DNA of 53,535 nucleotides, counting the filler, from Jimgerdemannia flammicorona (Eukaryota): the NCBI GenBank assembly GCA_003990765.1. It is 3 parts of 3 records of this genome, joined end to end, with 100 filler letters (N's around TTAATTAATTAA, not from the genome) between each part and the next. Parts side by side here need not be neighbours in the genome. Positions count along the whole stretch, not along the records: positions 17,883 to 35,664 come from RBNJ01002414.1; positions 35,765 to 53,535 come from RBNJ01002415.1; 1 more part is not named here. One strand, written 5' to 3'. The notes under the pieces are model-generated. The model did no database searches. It saw only the letters and a list, made by a program, of their open reading frames with translations, and was not told the DNA's origin. The number at the start of each line of letters is the position of its first letter. Position 1 is the first letter of the stretch. Below are positions 27,396 to 38,700 of this stretch, one piece after another. The position numbers and the translations under genes were made by a program.

Positions 27396-28365
27396 ATGAG
27401 CAATGATGACCAATTGTGAGTCATTGTGACCATAGTTGAGTATCTTGAGAAATATAAAAGAAGGATCAAGGAACTGTAGTAGCAGCAACCAACAAGACCC
27501 ACTAATCCCAAAATAGCTCAAAGACTTACCACAAACAAAATATCTGCTACTTGCCAAACCTCAAGGTCAAGGAACCATCAAGGCATCTCAGTTAAAGAAA
27601 GGATGTTCCAAGACATCAGAAGAGCCATGAGGACCTGCTCCTAGTATCAACCTGGGTATTGGTGACCCTTATCATTATATTCTCTACTGCCATGAAATGG
27701 AAACAAGGATCACTATTACTACTGAATATCTCCAAATATAGCAGAAGTACAAAATAGAAAACCTCCTCTACCAAGAGTTCCCACAGGCCAGCACTCAAGA
27801 GCTATAAGATGCCACTTCCATAGATATATGTGAAACAAGGACAGCTAAGAAGATCCATCAGATCTTCAGGCATGTACCATAGTTGATCCCCAACTTGGAG
27901 TATGTTAGAGTCTCAGATTTCAGAGACCTATCATCTCACTGTATCAATGTACTAGAAGCCAGGGTGGCCACAGAAGCCCAGTCCACTATCACCCTTAATA
28001 GTGATGAAGTAGAAGACTTCTGGCATTCCATTCTCCAGAACAACTCAGATCAATTCCTGCAAGGATTGATCTCAGTATTCCAAGGCCCAAGTATCCAGAT
28101 TAGACCTCCCCAAGACCCCACATTTGTTCCCTATTTTGTGGAAGAGAACCTCATAGACTGGAGAGCTCCAGATATCCTTGTTCCTGCTGCTGCCACTGTT
28201 GAACATGATGATGTCATCTTACATGACATGAAAGTATATGAAACATGCAACCTATGTGATGACAATGACAAGACAGATGAGATGTTCATGGACCTCATCT
28301 CCTTCAAAGACATCCTGACCTCTGATGAGGATGAAGCCCTTATGGTCTTGAACATTCTGCTCTAA
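27396..28365 (+). pseudogene. LTR-encoded ORF of family B (about 320 codons in consensus)
   Basis: The open 160-aa C-terminal part (27883-28365) extends in frame through 27697 (METRITITTE...) across three TAG/TAA stops; the last two read CAA and TGG in the 50.9-kb copy. One small indel near 27636 links it to the MSNDDQL... frame from 27396. Confidence 0.72.
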
Positions 28366-28375
28366 GTCCTTTGGT

Positions 28376-28470
28376 TATACTGAATAATACCAGCACCGGC
28401 ATTTTGATATAACACTGAATAATGCCAGCATTGGCATTTTGATGTAACACTGAATTATACTAGTATCCTG
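28376..28470 (+). repeat. 35-bp tandem repeat (about 2.6 units) in LTR B, immediately after the ORF stop
   Basis: ACACTGAATAATRCCAGCAYYGGCATTTTGATRTA repeated. Confidence 0.85.
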
Positions 28471-29901
28471 AACCTGTACAACTATCAGTGCCAACTCTGG
28501 AACTTAGCAGTTTTTTCTGTCCTGGTATTTTATTTTAGTTATTGGAATTTATATTTAGCTTTATATCTTAGCAACCATTGAATTATATTTTGTATAAATA
28601 CCCCTCTTATTTCCTCTAAAATAAAGTCAGCCTATTCAGTTCTAGTTCACTTATACACAATCCCTTGCAAGCAATCTAAGAGATAATAAGACAGTTTAAA
28701 AGATAAGAAGTTTGAGGACTATAAGACCTTGGGAAGGTACTCCAATAAGAACTTGCTTATAACAAACTTGAGTTAGTCTAAGAGATACACCTTGAAGAGA
28801 ATCTGGCATATTTGAATGACTCAGCGACCACTATATGACATTATATAATCTATTGGAGTTTTTCTTAATAATTTTATATATATTATCTTTCAGTAGAACT
28901 TTTATAGTATATTACTAAAGAATAGTAATAAGGCAGACTCAGAAAATTATTATTTATTTATTTATTAGTAAAATATTCTAGTAAGAGATATTAATAATAG
29001 CTACAGTAATATACTTTAATAACAGATTTATCAAGTAATCTAGTAAGGCTAAGATTGATCAGAAGCAGATTATTTAAAATCTCAAAAATGATGTTTTTAG
29101 AATAGAGGTCATGATGGATATAATAGAATATATGAAGATTAGTAAGACAGTAGAAAAAATAGAAGAATAGTTATACAATAAGGTTTTAGTCATTTGAGTA
29201 ATAGGAAATAATACTTTTAAGAGTACTATGTAGAGTAAATTCAAATACTGTTAAGTATTGATAGTCTTTAGAATAGTGAGAGAGACTAATAAAACAAATA
29301 GTAGATTCTATATCATAAATAGTCAGATAAAAATTTAAGACTAACTATAAAAGTGAGTTTAAAATAAAAAGTAACAGTATAAGTAGGTTTGAAATAGAAT
29401 ATAATATTATAAGTAAGTATTAAATAAAAAGTAGTAGTATAAGTAGAAATAAGACAAAGTTAAATATAGTAATCTTATATATATATCTTAAAAGAGCAAA
29501 ACTCATATCTCTTTAATTTCACTATTCAATTCCTTAAGTATAAAGTATACTATAGTATTCTCAATATTGAAAGTAATAGTTCTTTTATATATCTGTAATG
29601 GTTTGTTACATACAAATCTGTCAAATTTATCTTATTATGCTAAACTGTACCTAATTAGGAAATTGCCAAAATTGTCTATATTATATGAGAACTTATATCT
29701 ATTTTGAATGAACATTTTAGCCTTTAAAAATTCTAACTAAAATTCCAATAGAAATTTTATTGGAAATTCTAATAAAATTCCAACTAATAGTTATAGATAT
29801 CTCATATAGTATAACTATATATAAATATATCCAGTATACTATATTTAGCCATAATCTTAAATATATATAAATATTCTCTATACTGAGTGTATTGTAACCT
29901 C

Positions 29902-31086
29902 CCCCCTTTCTCCGCTACCTTACTGGTCACAAGGTTTGGTAGGCGACTTCTGAGTTCCCTTTCCCCTATTATTACCCCCTCTACCTCAGGTTGGTTTGCT
30001 GTGCCTGCAGGGGCATGGTGGGAGGAGGGCGATGGTGATGAGTTGCCCCTTTATCGGTGTCAGATCGGTGCTTCCTCCACTTTTTCGCAGATTCTGGTGC
30101 CTTCAGCTGCGTCTGGGGTGTACCCGTTTTGGTGCAGTGCCTTCTTCCTTTTGCCGTCACCAACAAGGAGTTGTCTTGGTGTGTCTCGGGCTACGTGGGG
30201 AGTCGGCCGACCTTGGGCGTCAAGTGCTCAGTGTAGGTTACCTGCAGGTCCTCGGTGCCTGTGGTGGGGCCCTCTGGCTTTGGTGAGCTTCCCAGTGAGC
30301 GCGGTTCTGGTGTAGGTGACTGTTTTTCGGGTGTTGTCGGAATGGGAGGGGAGATGGCCATCACAGATAGGCGGAAGGGTGATAACGGTGAACCAGTAGG
30401 GTGCCAGGCTGGGGGCAGTCATCGGGGCTGGGGCGGGTGCTGCTTCGGTGGGGCCTTTTGATTGGCGCGGTGCGGTTAGGTGGTAGGTGTCACTCTTGGC
30501 TTCTTTGGGCGATTCGTGGGGTTGGGCCCCAGTCGTCTGGGGGGGTCAGGGGGGCCCGAGGCTACCCATTTCAGGCGTCTTGGCTACACTCAACTGGAAC
30601 TAGGAGCTGACACAGCAACATGATTGAGGTCCACAGGCTTGAGTAGTGGGATATTGGGGGTCTCCTCCCACCTCACGTATAAGTCCTCTACTCACCTTGA
30701 CTGGGAGAACCAGGCCCTATCCACCATGTTGTGCTTTGATGAGGGTTTTTTCTTTGCCTGTCATTCTCTTTGGGGTGGCAGGGGCTATTCTATTCAGCTT
30801 GGGCGTGGCCTTGTACATTCATTGGGTTCTTGGGCATATGCTTTCGGTCGTTGGTGTATGGCTGGGTTTCCCCTGGTGGTAGGGAGAGCATGGTGTGCAG
30901 AATGAGGTGCGGGCTATTTGCCCTGCTGCACCTGGCATGGTCGAGCCGCTGGACAATAGCTAGCCTAGGTTAATGGGGGGGCAGTGCTTGATGGGTGGTG
31001 GGGGAGGGTTTTGACCTATATAGTCTAGGTTCCCTTCCAATAAAAATCCGCGGGACATAGAGTCCGTTAAACAAAAAAAAAAAAAA
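29902..31086 (+). mobile_element. ~1.2-kb poly(A)-tailed non-autonomous retroposon, young copy
   Basis: 15-bp TSD GTGTATTGTAACCTC (29887-29901, 31087-31101), AATAAA at 31039, poly(A) tail, CpGs largely retained. Confidence 0.92.
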
Positions 31087-31424
31087 GTGTATTGTAACCT
31101 CAGTCTAAAAGCTAAAGAAAAGCTTAAAGCTCTTCTTTTCTCTAAATATAAGAATAAAGTAATATTCTTATCACAAAACCCTCAGATCTGATTTATTGAT
31201 TATTCTGAGTCTGATCAACTTGAGATACAAGTATAGTACTTTCAAGAAGTATAAAAACTCAAAAGTAATACCAAGACTCTGCTATAATAGATAACTAGAA
31301 CTTAGCACTTCCTCAAAAGAACTCAGAACTTAGGACTGATAGTTAGCTTGATTATCTACAATATATTAATTATATTAATATATTATTTTATTATAATATA
31401 TTTACAAAACTACTTTTATAAATT

Positions 31425-32078
31425 AAGTTAAAGTTTATAAACTGATTTGTTGAGATTTAGACAATATAGTCCATAAGCTCTGAGAGTCTCAGCTAGCCAA
31501 AATACTATTAAAGAGTATGAGTTCAGAAAATAAACTTTGTAATAATAGATATATATATACTATTGTAGAACTAGCCAGACTTTTGAATAATGGAAGAAAG
31601 TTCAGTAGTGAAGTTTGGTGATGAAGTTTGGCCATTTTGAGATAAAGAAATAATATACAAAATAAATTATAACTACTAGTCTTTAATGATATATATAACT
31701 ACTAGTTCTCAATAGAGTAGTATAATAAGATAACTATTTTTTTTCTAAATTAGTACTGTGCTACTTCCAATTTGAATTAGAGAATGTAAAACTTAATGTC
31801 ACCTTTTGAAAAGAGTTTTTATTCCTTTCATTCTTTCTATCTTTCACTTTTTCTCACTTTTTTCTTTTATTTTTCTTCTTTCTTATCTTAAAATTATTAC
31901 TACTAGACCACCTCTCATTACTTAAAACTCTGAATAAATATAATAGTATATATCTGTCATTATAAAGATTGTTTCTCAGATTCCAATGTTCTATAACAGT
32001 ATCTTAGCTGGCTGAGAGTTCCAGAGCTTACAGACTATATTTTCTAGATCTTACCAAACTAGTTTACAAACTTTCACT
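31425..32078. repeat. Foldback element: ~140-bp inverted arms (31425-31566 and 31940-32078)
   Basis: ATATAGTCCATAAGCTCTGAGAGTCTCAGCTAGCCAAAATACT pairs with AGTATCTTAGCTGGCTGAGAGTTCCAGAGCTTACAGACTATAT. Confidence 0.75.
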
Positions 32079-32288
32079 TTTCAATGAGATAGTTTTACCA
32101 AGAAACCATTGCAGAATATTGAGGAGTATTTCACTTTCAAGAAATTGAATAGAAATATAAAGGAGTTATAATTTTTACACTTTCAAATTACATGCAAAAT
32201 TATTATGTTCAACTTTATTTTATTTCAACTCATACTGACAATAGTTGGTCCTAAACATCTGTCTGACTACTAATGATATAGATACTGC

Positions 32289-32901
32289 TAGTGCTCCAAA
32301 TAAGCTGATCCAGATCAGATTCTAATCCCATCTGGATCAACTTGGATGGGAAAATAAGTTGATCTAGATCAATTCAAATCAACCATTGTTTTGATTTCCA
32401 AATTAGACAATTAAATGCTTACATCAATAACTTGATGAATAATCATCCAATTTTGATAATCTTGGTGCCATTTAAAAGCCCTTAATTAGGCCTTTCTAAT
32501 GATATTAAGAATATTGAAATTGGATTATGTGTTACTGAGTTATCAAGGAAAATGTCCGACTTGCCAATTTTGGAAATTATTCAACTTGCCAATTTTGGAA
32601 ATTTCTTCAAAAGATGTTTTCCTTAATAGCTTGGCGATGCATAATCTGATTTTTAATATTCTTAGTATCATTTGAAAGGCCTTATTAAGGGCTTTCAAAT
32701 GACACCAAGATTATCAAAATTAGATAATTATTCATCAAGCTATTGATGTAAACATTTAATTATCTAATTTGGAAATCAAAACAATGGTTGATTTGAATCA
32801 ATCCAGATTAACTTATTTTTCTATCTGAGTTGATCTGGATGGAATTCAATCCAAATCAATCCAAATCCAATCTGGATTAAATTGACTTATTTGGAGTACT
32901 A
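32289..32901. mobile_element. hAT-type palindromic MITE, copy 2
   Basis: Same termini and body as 24278-24823. 8-bp TSD GATACTGC/GGTACTGT (two transitions). Confidence 0.88.
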
Positions 32902-33125
32902 GGTACTGTTATCTCCCTAATTAGTCTCTCTCAATATTCTATCACTCACTGTTACTTAATAGTATTCAAATTTGCTCTATACAGTATCCTAGAATTCATA
33001 ATTTTGGACAATTTCAACAACTGAAACCTTATTATACAGATATTTTCTATCTCTCACACTGCCTAGCAAATATTCATATATTTAGCTATATTCACTATAA
33101 TCTCTAACTTAGAAATATTATTCTC

Positions 33126-34332
33126 CAGACTCCTTTCTCTACTATCTTACCAGTCATAAGGTTTGGTAGGTAACCTTCCAAGTCTCCATTTCCCTATTAT
33201 TATCCCCTCTATCTCAGGTTGGTTTGCTATGCCTATAGGAGTATAGTGAGAGGAGGGCAATGGTGATAAGTTGTCCTTTTATCAGTATCAGATCAGTGTC
33301 TTCTCCACTATTTTGTAGATTCTGGTGCCTTCAGCTGCATCTGAGATATACCTGTTTGGTACAGTGCCTTCTTCCTTTTACTATTACCAACAAGATGTTG
33401 TCTTAAAGTATCATGGATTACATAGAAAGTCAGCCAACCTTGGGCATCAAGTGCCCAGTGTAGGTTACCTACAGGTCCTTGATACCTGTAGTAGAGTCCT
33501 CTGGCTTTGGTGAGCTTCTTGGCAAGTATAGTTCTGGTGTAGGTGACTGTTTCTCAGGTATTGTTGAGATGAGAGGGGAGATGGCCATCACAGATAGAAG
33601 GAAGGGTAATAATGGTGAACTAGTAGAGTACCAGGCTGGGGGTAGTCATCAGGGCTGGGGTAGGTACTGCTTTGGTGGGGCCTTTGATTGGTACAGAGTA
33701 GTTAGGTAGTAGGTGTCACTCTTAGCTTCTTTTGGTGATACATGGGGTTGGGCCCTGGTTATTGAGAGGGGTCAGGGGGCCCAAGGCTACTTATTTCAGG
33801 CATCTTGGCTACACTCAACTAGAACTGAGAGCTGACATAGAAACATGATCAAGGCCCATAGACTTGAGTAGTGGGGTATTGGGGGTTTTCTCTCATCTCA
33901 TATATAAGTCTTCTACTTATCTCATTTGAGAGAACCAGGTCCTATCTACTGTGATGTACTTTGATGAGAGTTTTTTCTTTATCTATTATTCTCCTTAGAG
34001 TGGCAGGAGCTATTCTATTCAGCTTGAGTATGGTCTTGTATATACATTGGAATTTCAGGCATGTGCTTTCAGTCATTATTATATGGCTGAGTTCTCTCTG
34101 GTGGTAGAGAGAGTATAGTATACAGAATGAGGTATAGGCCATTATAGGCCCTGCTGCACCTAGTATAGTTGAGCTGCTGGACAATAGTTAGCTTAAATTA
34201 ATAAGAGAAAAGTGCTTGATGGGTAGTGGGGGAGGGTTTTGGCCTATATAGTCTAGGTTCCCTTCTAATAAAAATATGCAGGACTCTGAGTCTATAAAAC
34301 AAAAACAAAAATAAAAAAATAAAAAAAAAAAA
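33126..34332 (+). mobile_element. ~1.2-kb poly(A) retroposon, hypermutated copy
   Basis: Colinear end to end with 29902-31086. 16-bp TSD TAGAAATATTATTCTC (33110-33125, 34333-34348). Confidence 0.92.
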
Positions 34333-35664
34333 TAGAAATATTATTCTCAAGTCTTCACACCCCCTACTCCTAATTGATCTTGGCCTTACTATATCTTTTG
34401 ATAAGCCTGTTATCTAATTTGGATGCTGTAGCTACTATTGTAAATATCTTCTACTGAAATTTTTTACCAATAAACTACAAATATCAGCAGAGGACATATA
34501 TTACTATATTACCATTTTTTATCATTATACTATAGATATCCTACAGAAAGGTGGTACATTTATAGCTATTGTCAAAAACCCAGATAGATTATATGAGTAA
34601 ATGATTTCTGAAGTATTGCTTGAGTTTATAGTTCTGCTTTAAGAATGTTGGTAACCTGACCATCACTTGTGCCTATCTATACAAAAGGTCAATGTATGGT
34701 TGAAGAAATAGTGGAGGTTGTTCAAAGGAATTTCTATGCTATTTTCATTATAAATAGTAGTATTCATTATGGAACTTTGAGTAGAGCTTGAGAAGGATTC
34801 AGTACTATGTAATTCATTATAAAGTTTCATAAAGATAGGATTGATTGGACATTTCATAACTATATCTATTTCTCCTGTGCTGTTCTTTCAAATTTCAGTA
34901 TTTGGACTCACAAAACATTATATCATTATATATTAAATAAACTACATTGTATTGATATTAAGAATTTATTTATGCTGTGAGACCTTTTACAAATATATTG
35001 GTTTTTTATTATTTTATTTTATTTTATTTTATTTTAAATCACAGAATTTAAGAATTTTCTAGTTTAAATATATTATGATAGATATGATTCAGTAACAATT
35101 TAAATGTACCTTACGGGTTCATTCCCTCCTTGTCCAAAGGTATATGTACCACATTTTATTTTTTTTGTCATTATCAATAACACTCAGATGCAAAATGTCA
35201 TTGTAATGACCATCTCGGAAGCAATTATTTGAACAATGGTGGCTGCAAATACACATGCATTTGTCAATATTTATGTAGAATGCCACACATGGCGAGGCCA
35301 TTGTGCATTACCATATCGCAATAAACGAGCGTGTGCATGGTGTATTTAACTGTCGCAGGGCGATTTTTATGGCAACAAATGTTAGCATTGACTAATGTGG
35401 TGGCAGGCTGAAATGGTGCCAGGATGCTTATATTCATTACATTACTTGTGGCGTTCGCGACGCTAAAGTATTTCCATCACGTCGTGTAAATATAATTGTT
35501 AATAAAATACATCTTGTTGACTTCGACATGGACAAACCAAATATTGCATTCGCGTCATGACGTCACCTTCCGCACATCCGCAAATACCGAAGACATGAAT
35601 TGGCGTACGTTTAATTGAGTGACATTTTATATCCTAATTCAGTTGCAACAACTGATAAAAAAAA

Positions 35665-35764
35665 NNNNNNNNNNNNNNNNNNNNNNNNNNNNNNNNNNNN
35701 NNNNNNNNTTAATTAATTAANNNNNNNNNNNNNNNNNNNNNNNNNNNNNNNNNNNNNNNNNNNN
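35665..35764. other. Artificial contig linker N44-TTAATTAATTAA-N44
   Basis: Same as 17783-17882. Confidence 0.97.
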
Positions 35765-38700
35765 TTTTTTTATAGTCACTTAGACTGCAACTTTATTATT
35801 ACTATTATAATAACAATTAACTATGAACTACTACTAACATAATATATATAGGAAGGATTGCTCAGCCAACTCCTTTCTTCTACCTAACCCCATGATCATC
35901 TAACACCAGGTGCCCTCATCTCTGCTATATAATATCCTGCATCTTCTTTAAGGCCTCTGGTTGAAGCTGCTTTCTCTGATACTACCACCCCTATACTACC
36001 TCCTGGAGAAGCCACCTCTACTACTCCACTAACTCTCCGATTCCCATCCATAGGTCCTGCTCAAATATCCATCATCAATGTACTGCCATCAGAACCTAGA
36101 TCCCTAAGACCTAACCTAGGCCTCCCCAGATATCACCAATCTCTCCCACCAGCTGGTGCTTGACCACCAGACTGACTGGATTCCTAGATCTTCAACCCCC
36201 AGGGTCCCAGTAATCTTCAAAACTCTACCAAAACCCTTTAACCCTAGGACAGGCTACCAGAACATGCTCTGGTATCTGAACCATCCCTCCATCTACCTCA
36301 CTGCACTACTTGCAGTCCCAACAACTATCTACCTCCATCCAGCCTATCCTATAACCCAGCATCACATTTTTTCTCAAGAATCACTACCAAACTACCTAGT
36401 ACTTAGGGGGCACTACCTTGAGCAAAGAGGCTCCCCAACTTCAGATTCGGCCCCACTCTCAGTCTTTACCAAATCCTGCTCTCTGCCAACCAGCTGGCCA
36501 TCTCTCCAGAGGGCTAGACCTGATCCACTCCATTGCCTCAACCAGTGAGTACTCCTTCAAACTATGGCCACCAATGCAGAGTTTTCTCAGTCACCACCAT
36601 CTCTACTCTAGGTTCACACCAACCTCTATCTCTGGTCCTACTAACCTCATGGCCAGCCAGGCCTCTACAATGCCCCACCAGAACCCCTTAAACTGCAGTC
36701 TACCTATATTTCCAATCTGAAGCAGACCCTGCATATCCTTCCAAACCTCACCATAGAGGCAGAACAAACCTCCCAATTGTCTATGGCTAGTCTGCCCCAA
36801 CCCTCCTCACCTAGTACTACTAGGTGACACCCCTACCAACCCTGAAGTACCTTCAGCTAGCATCTGAAGTCCACTAACCCCAGGTCTCCATCAACTATCC
36901 TCATCACCACTGTGTCCCACCTGATCTGTGACCACTTTCTATTTTACAACTATCCTTCTATAATCTTCTTCAGCCACTGTACCACCCACTCTAGAAAATC
37001 CAGGTGATATTCTAGATACCACAATTTGAGCAACCAATATATATTCAAAATCACTATCCTACCTACCAAGGAGAAGCTCCTCCCTGACCAACCAGTCAAA
37101 GTATCTTCCAACTTCTGAATCAATCCACACTACCACTTCTTCAGCAGAACTGTTCTATATACTGAGAACCAAATATCCAGATACTGAATAGCACTTCCTG
37201 GGGCCACCAATTGTCCAAATTGTCCATGTACCCCCAGACTAGCACTAAGTTCCATTGTCTCACATTTGCCCCAATTCAACTTAGCCCCTGCCAGCCTATC
37301 AAACTGTCCAACCTCTTCCTGTAGGAGGTCCACATCCTCCATACTACCCAACCCTACCACTATGTCATCTGTGAAAGCACCTAGCTTCCAGACCACATTA
37401 TCTATTTATAGTCCAGTAAGCCATCTCTTTAGCCATACCAGCAAAGGCTCTAAAAAGAGTACATAGAGGAGGGGGGAGAGAGGGTCTCTCTGTGGTACAC
37501 CTTGCTCCAAGGCAAACTCCAGTCTACTTTATCCATTCATCATAACTGCTGCTCAGCATCTCTATACTAGGCTCATCAATTGCTCTGCCTCTGCTACACC
37601 AAACCCTACCCTCTTCAGAACAGTCTCCAAATAACTCCACCACACTCTGTCATAGGCCTTCTTTTAATCAAGAAAGACCATCTGGCCATCTACCTACCAG
37701 CTCCTACAGCCCTCCAAGACATTCTGCATTCAAGCAGTACTATCTCTGATCTATCTCCCCTTGATAAAGCCTCACTGCTCTTTCCCAACTAGCACACTAA
37801 TATACTGCTGCATCCTCACTACCAAAATATTTAAGACCAGCTTTCTATCTATATTCAGCAGCATGATAGGTTACCAATTATGCCACACTCATCGATCTCC
37901 CTTTTCCTTATATAGAAGGGAAACTAATTCCAAGGAATCATAACCGATCTAGCTGCCCTCCTTCAAAATGAAGTTAGCCATCTCCACCAACCAGCCACCA
38001 AACTCTGTCTGGAACTCCTTCCAGAATTTCCAGAGCAACCCATCCTCCCCAGGTGATGAGCCAGTTTGTGTCTTTCTCAATATCTCCAAGACCTCATCTA
38101 ATGATACCTCTCTTATGACCATCTTACCTATCTCAGATAATGCTATTACTGGCCAATTATTCACCATATTGTCATTGTCCTCCCAAAGTACTGTATCCTC
38201 AGCATTGTCCCCACCATCCTGCAAGAGAGCCTGTCATTGTCCCGATATCTCTCCCAATATATCCACAATCTCTGAGATCTTTACTCTATCTTCACACAAT
38301 ACTGAGGCCCAGCTATGTCATACTCTCCTGGCCTTCAAAATACCAGACAGATATTTAGTCAGCCTCTCTCCTTCTTCCAGCTATCTAGCCTGCAATCTGG
38401 CTAGCAGGCCATCTACCACCCTGTTCTCAGATATCCTCAAGTCTGTCTACAACTCTGCCACCTCTACTATCAACTGGTAGTATACCTCTCCAGACAAGTT
38501 TCCCTCTTCTAATAACTTCAATTGCCATTATAGCCTCTGCTCCACTCTCCTTTCCTTGTCCTTCTGCTCCTTTCCAGCCACTTCTCCAACATCATGCCAG
38601 TAAGTACCTGCCAAATGTTTGAATTTACCCCACCATTCTACTATCAACTGCCCATCATTCTGCCATTGTGCAATCTCCTGTCTTGTAACTGCCACAAATT

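Larger units (their letters stand above)
27299..28840 (+). mobile_element. Gypsy family B solo LTR (1542 bp)
   Basis: TG...CA ends with 4-bp TSD TTAT on both sides. Colinear with 50352-51894. TATAAATA at 28593 and AATAAA at 28620. Confidence 0.9.
26300..29880 (+). mobile_element. Extremely decayed DNA-transposon-like remnant (possibly CACTA transposase), interrupted by the solo LTR
   Basis: Very AT-rich and CpG-free. 28888-28915 can be reverted to an F-P-x-E-R-x-C-G-x-L-like motif; weak. Confidence 0.25.

Noticed and set aside
28376..28470. 35-bp repeats as a CRISPR array
   Set aside because: Units are head-to-tail without unique spacers, lie inside a eukaryotic LTR, and no cas genes are present.
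29887..30973. ORFs within the 1.2-kb retroposon as a protein gene
   Set aside because: Multiple short G-rich frames with no recognisable domain; the longest starts inside the TSD.
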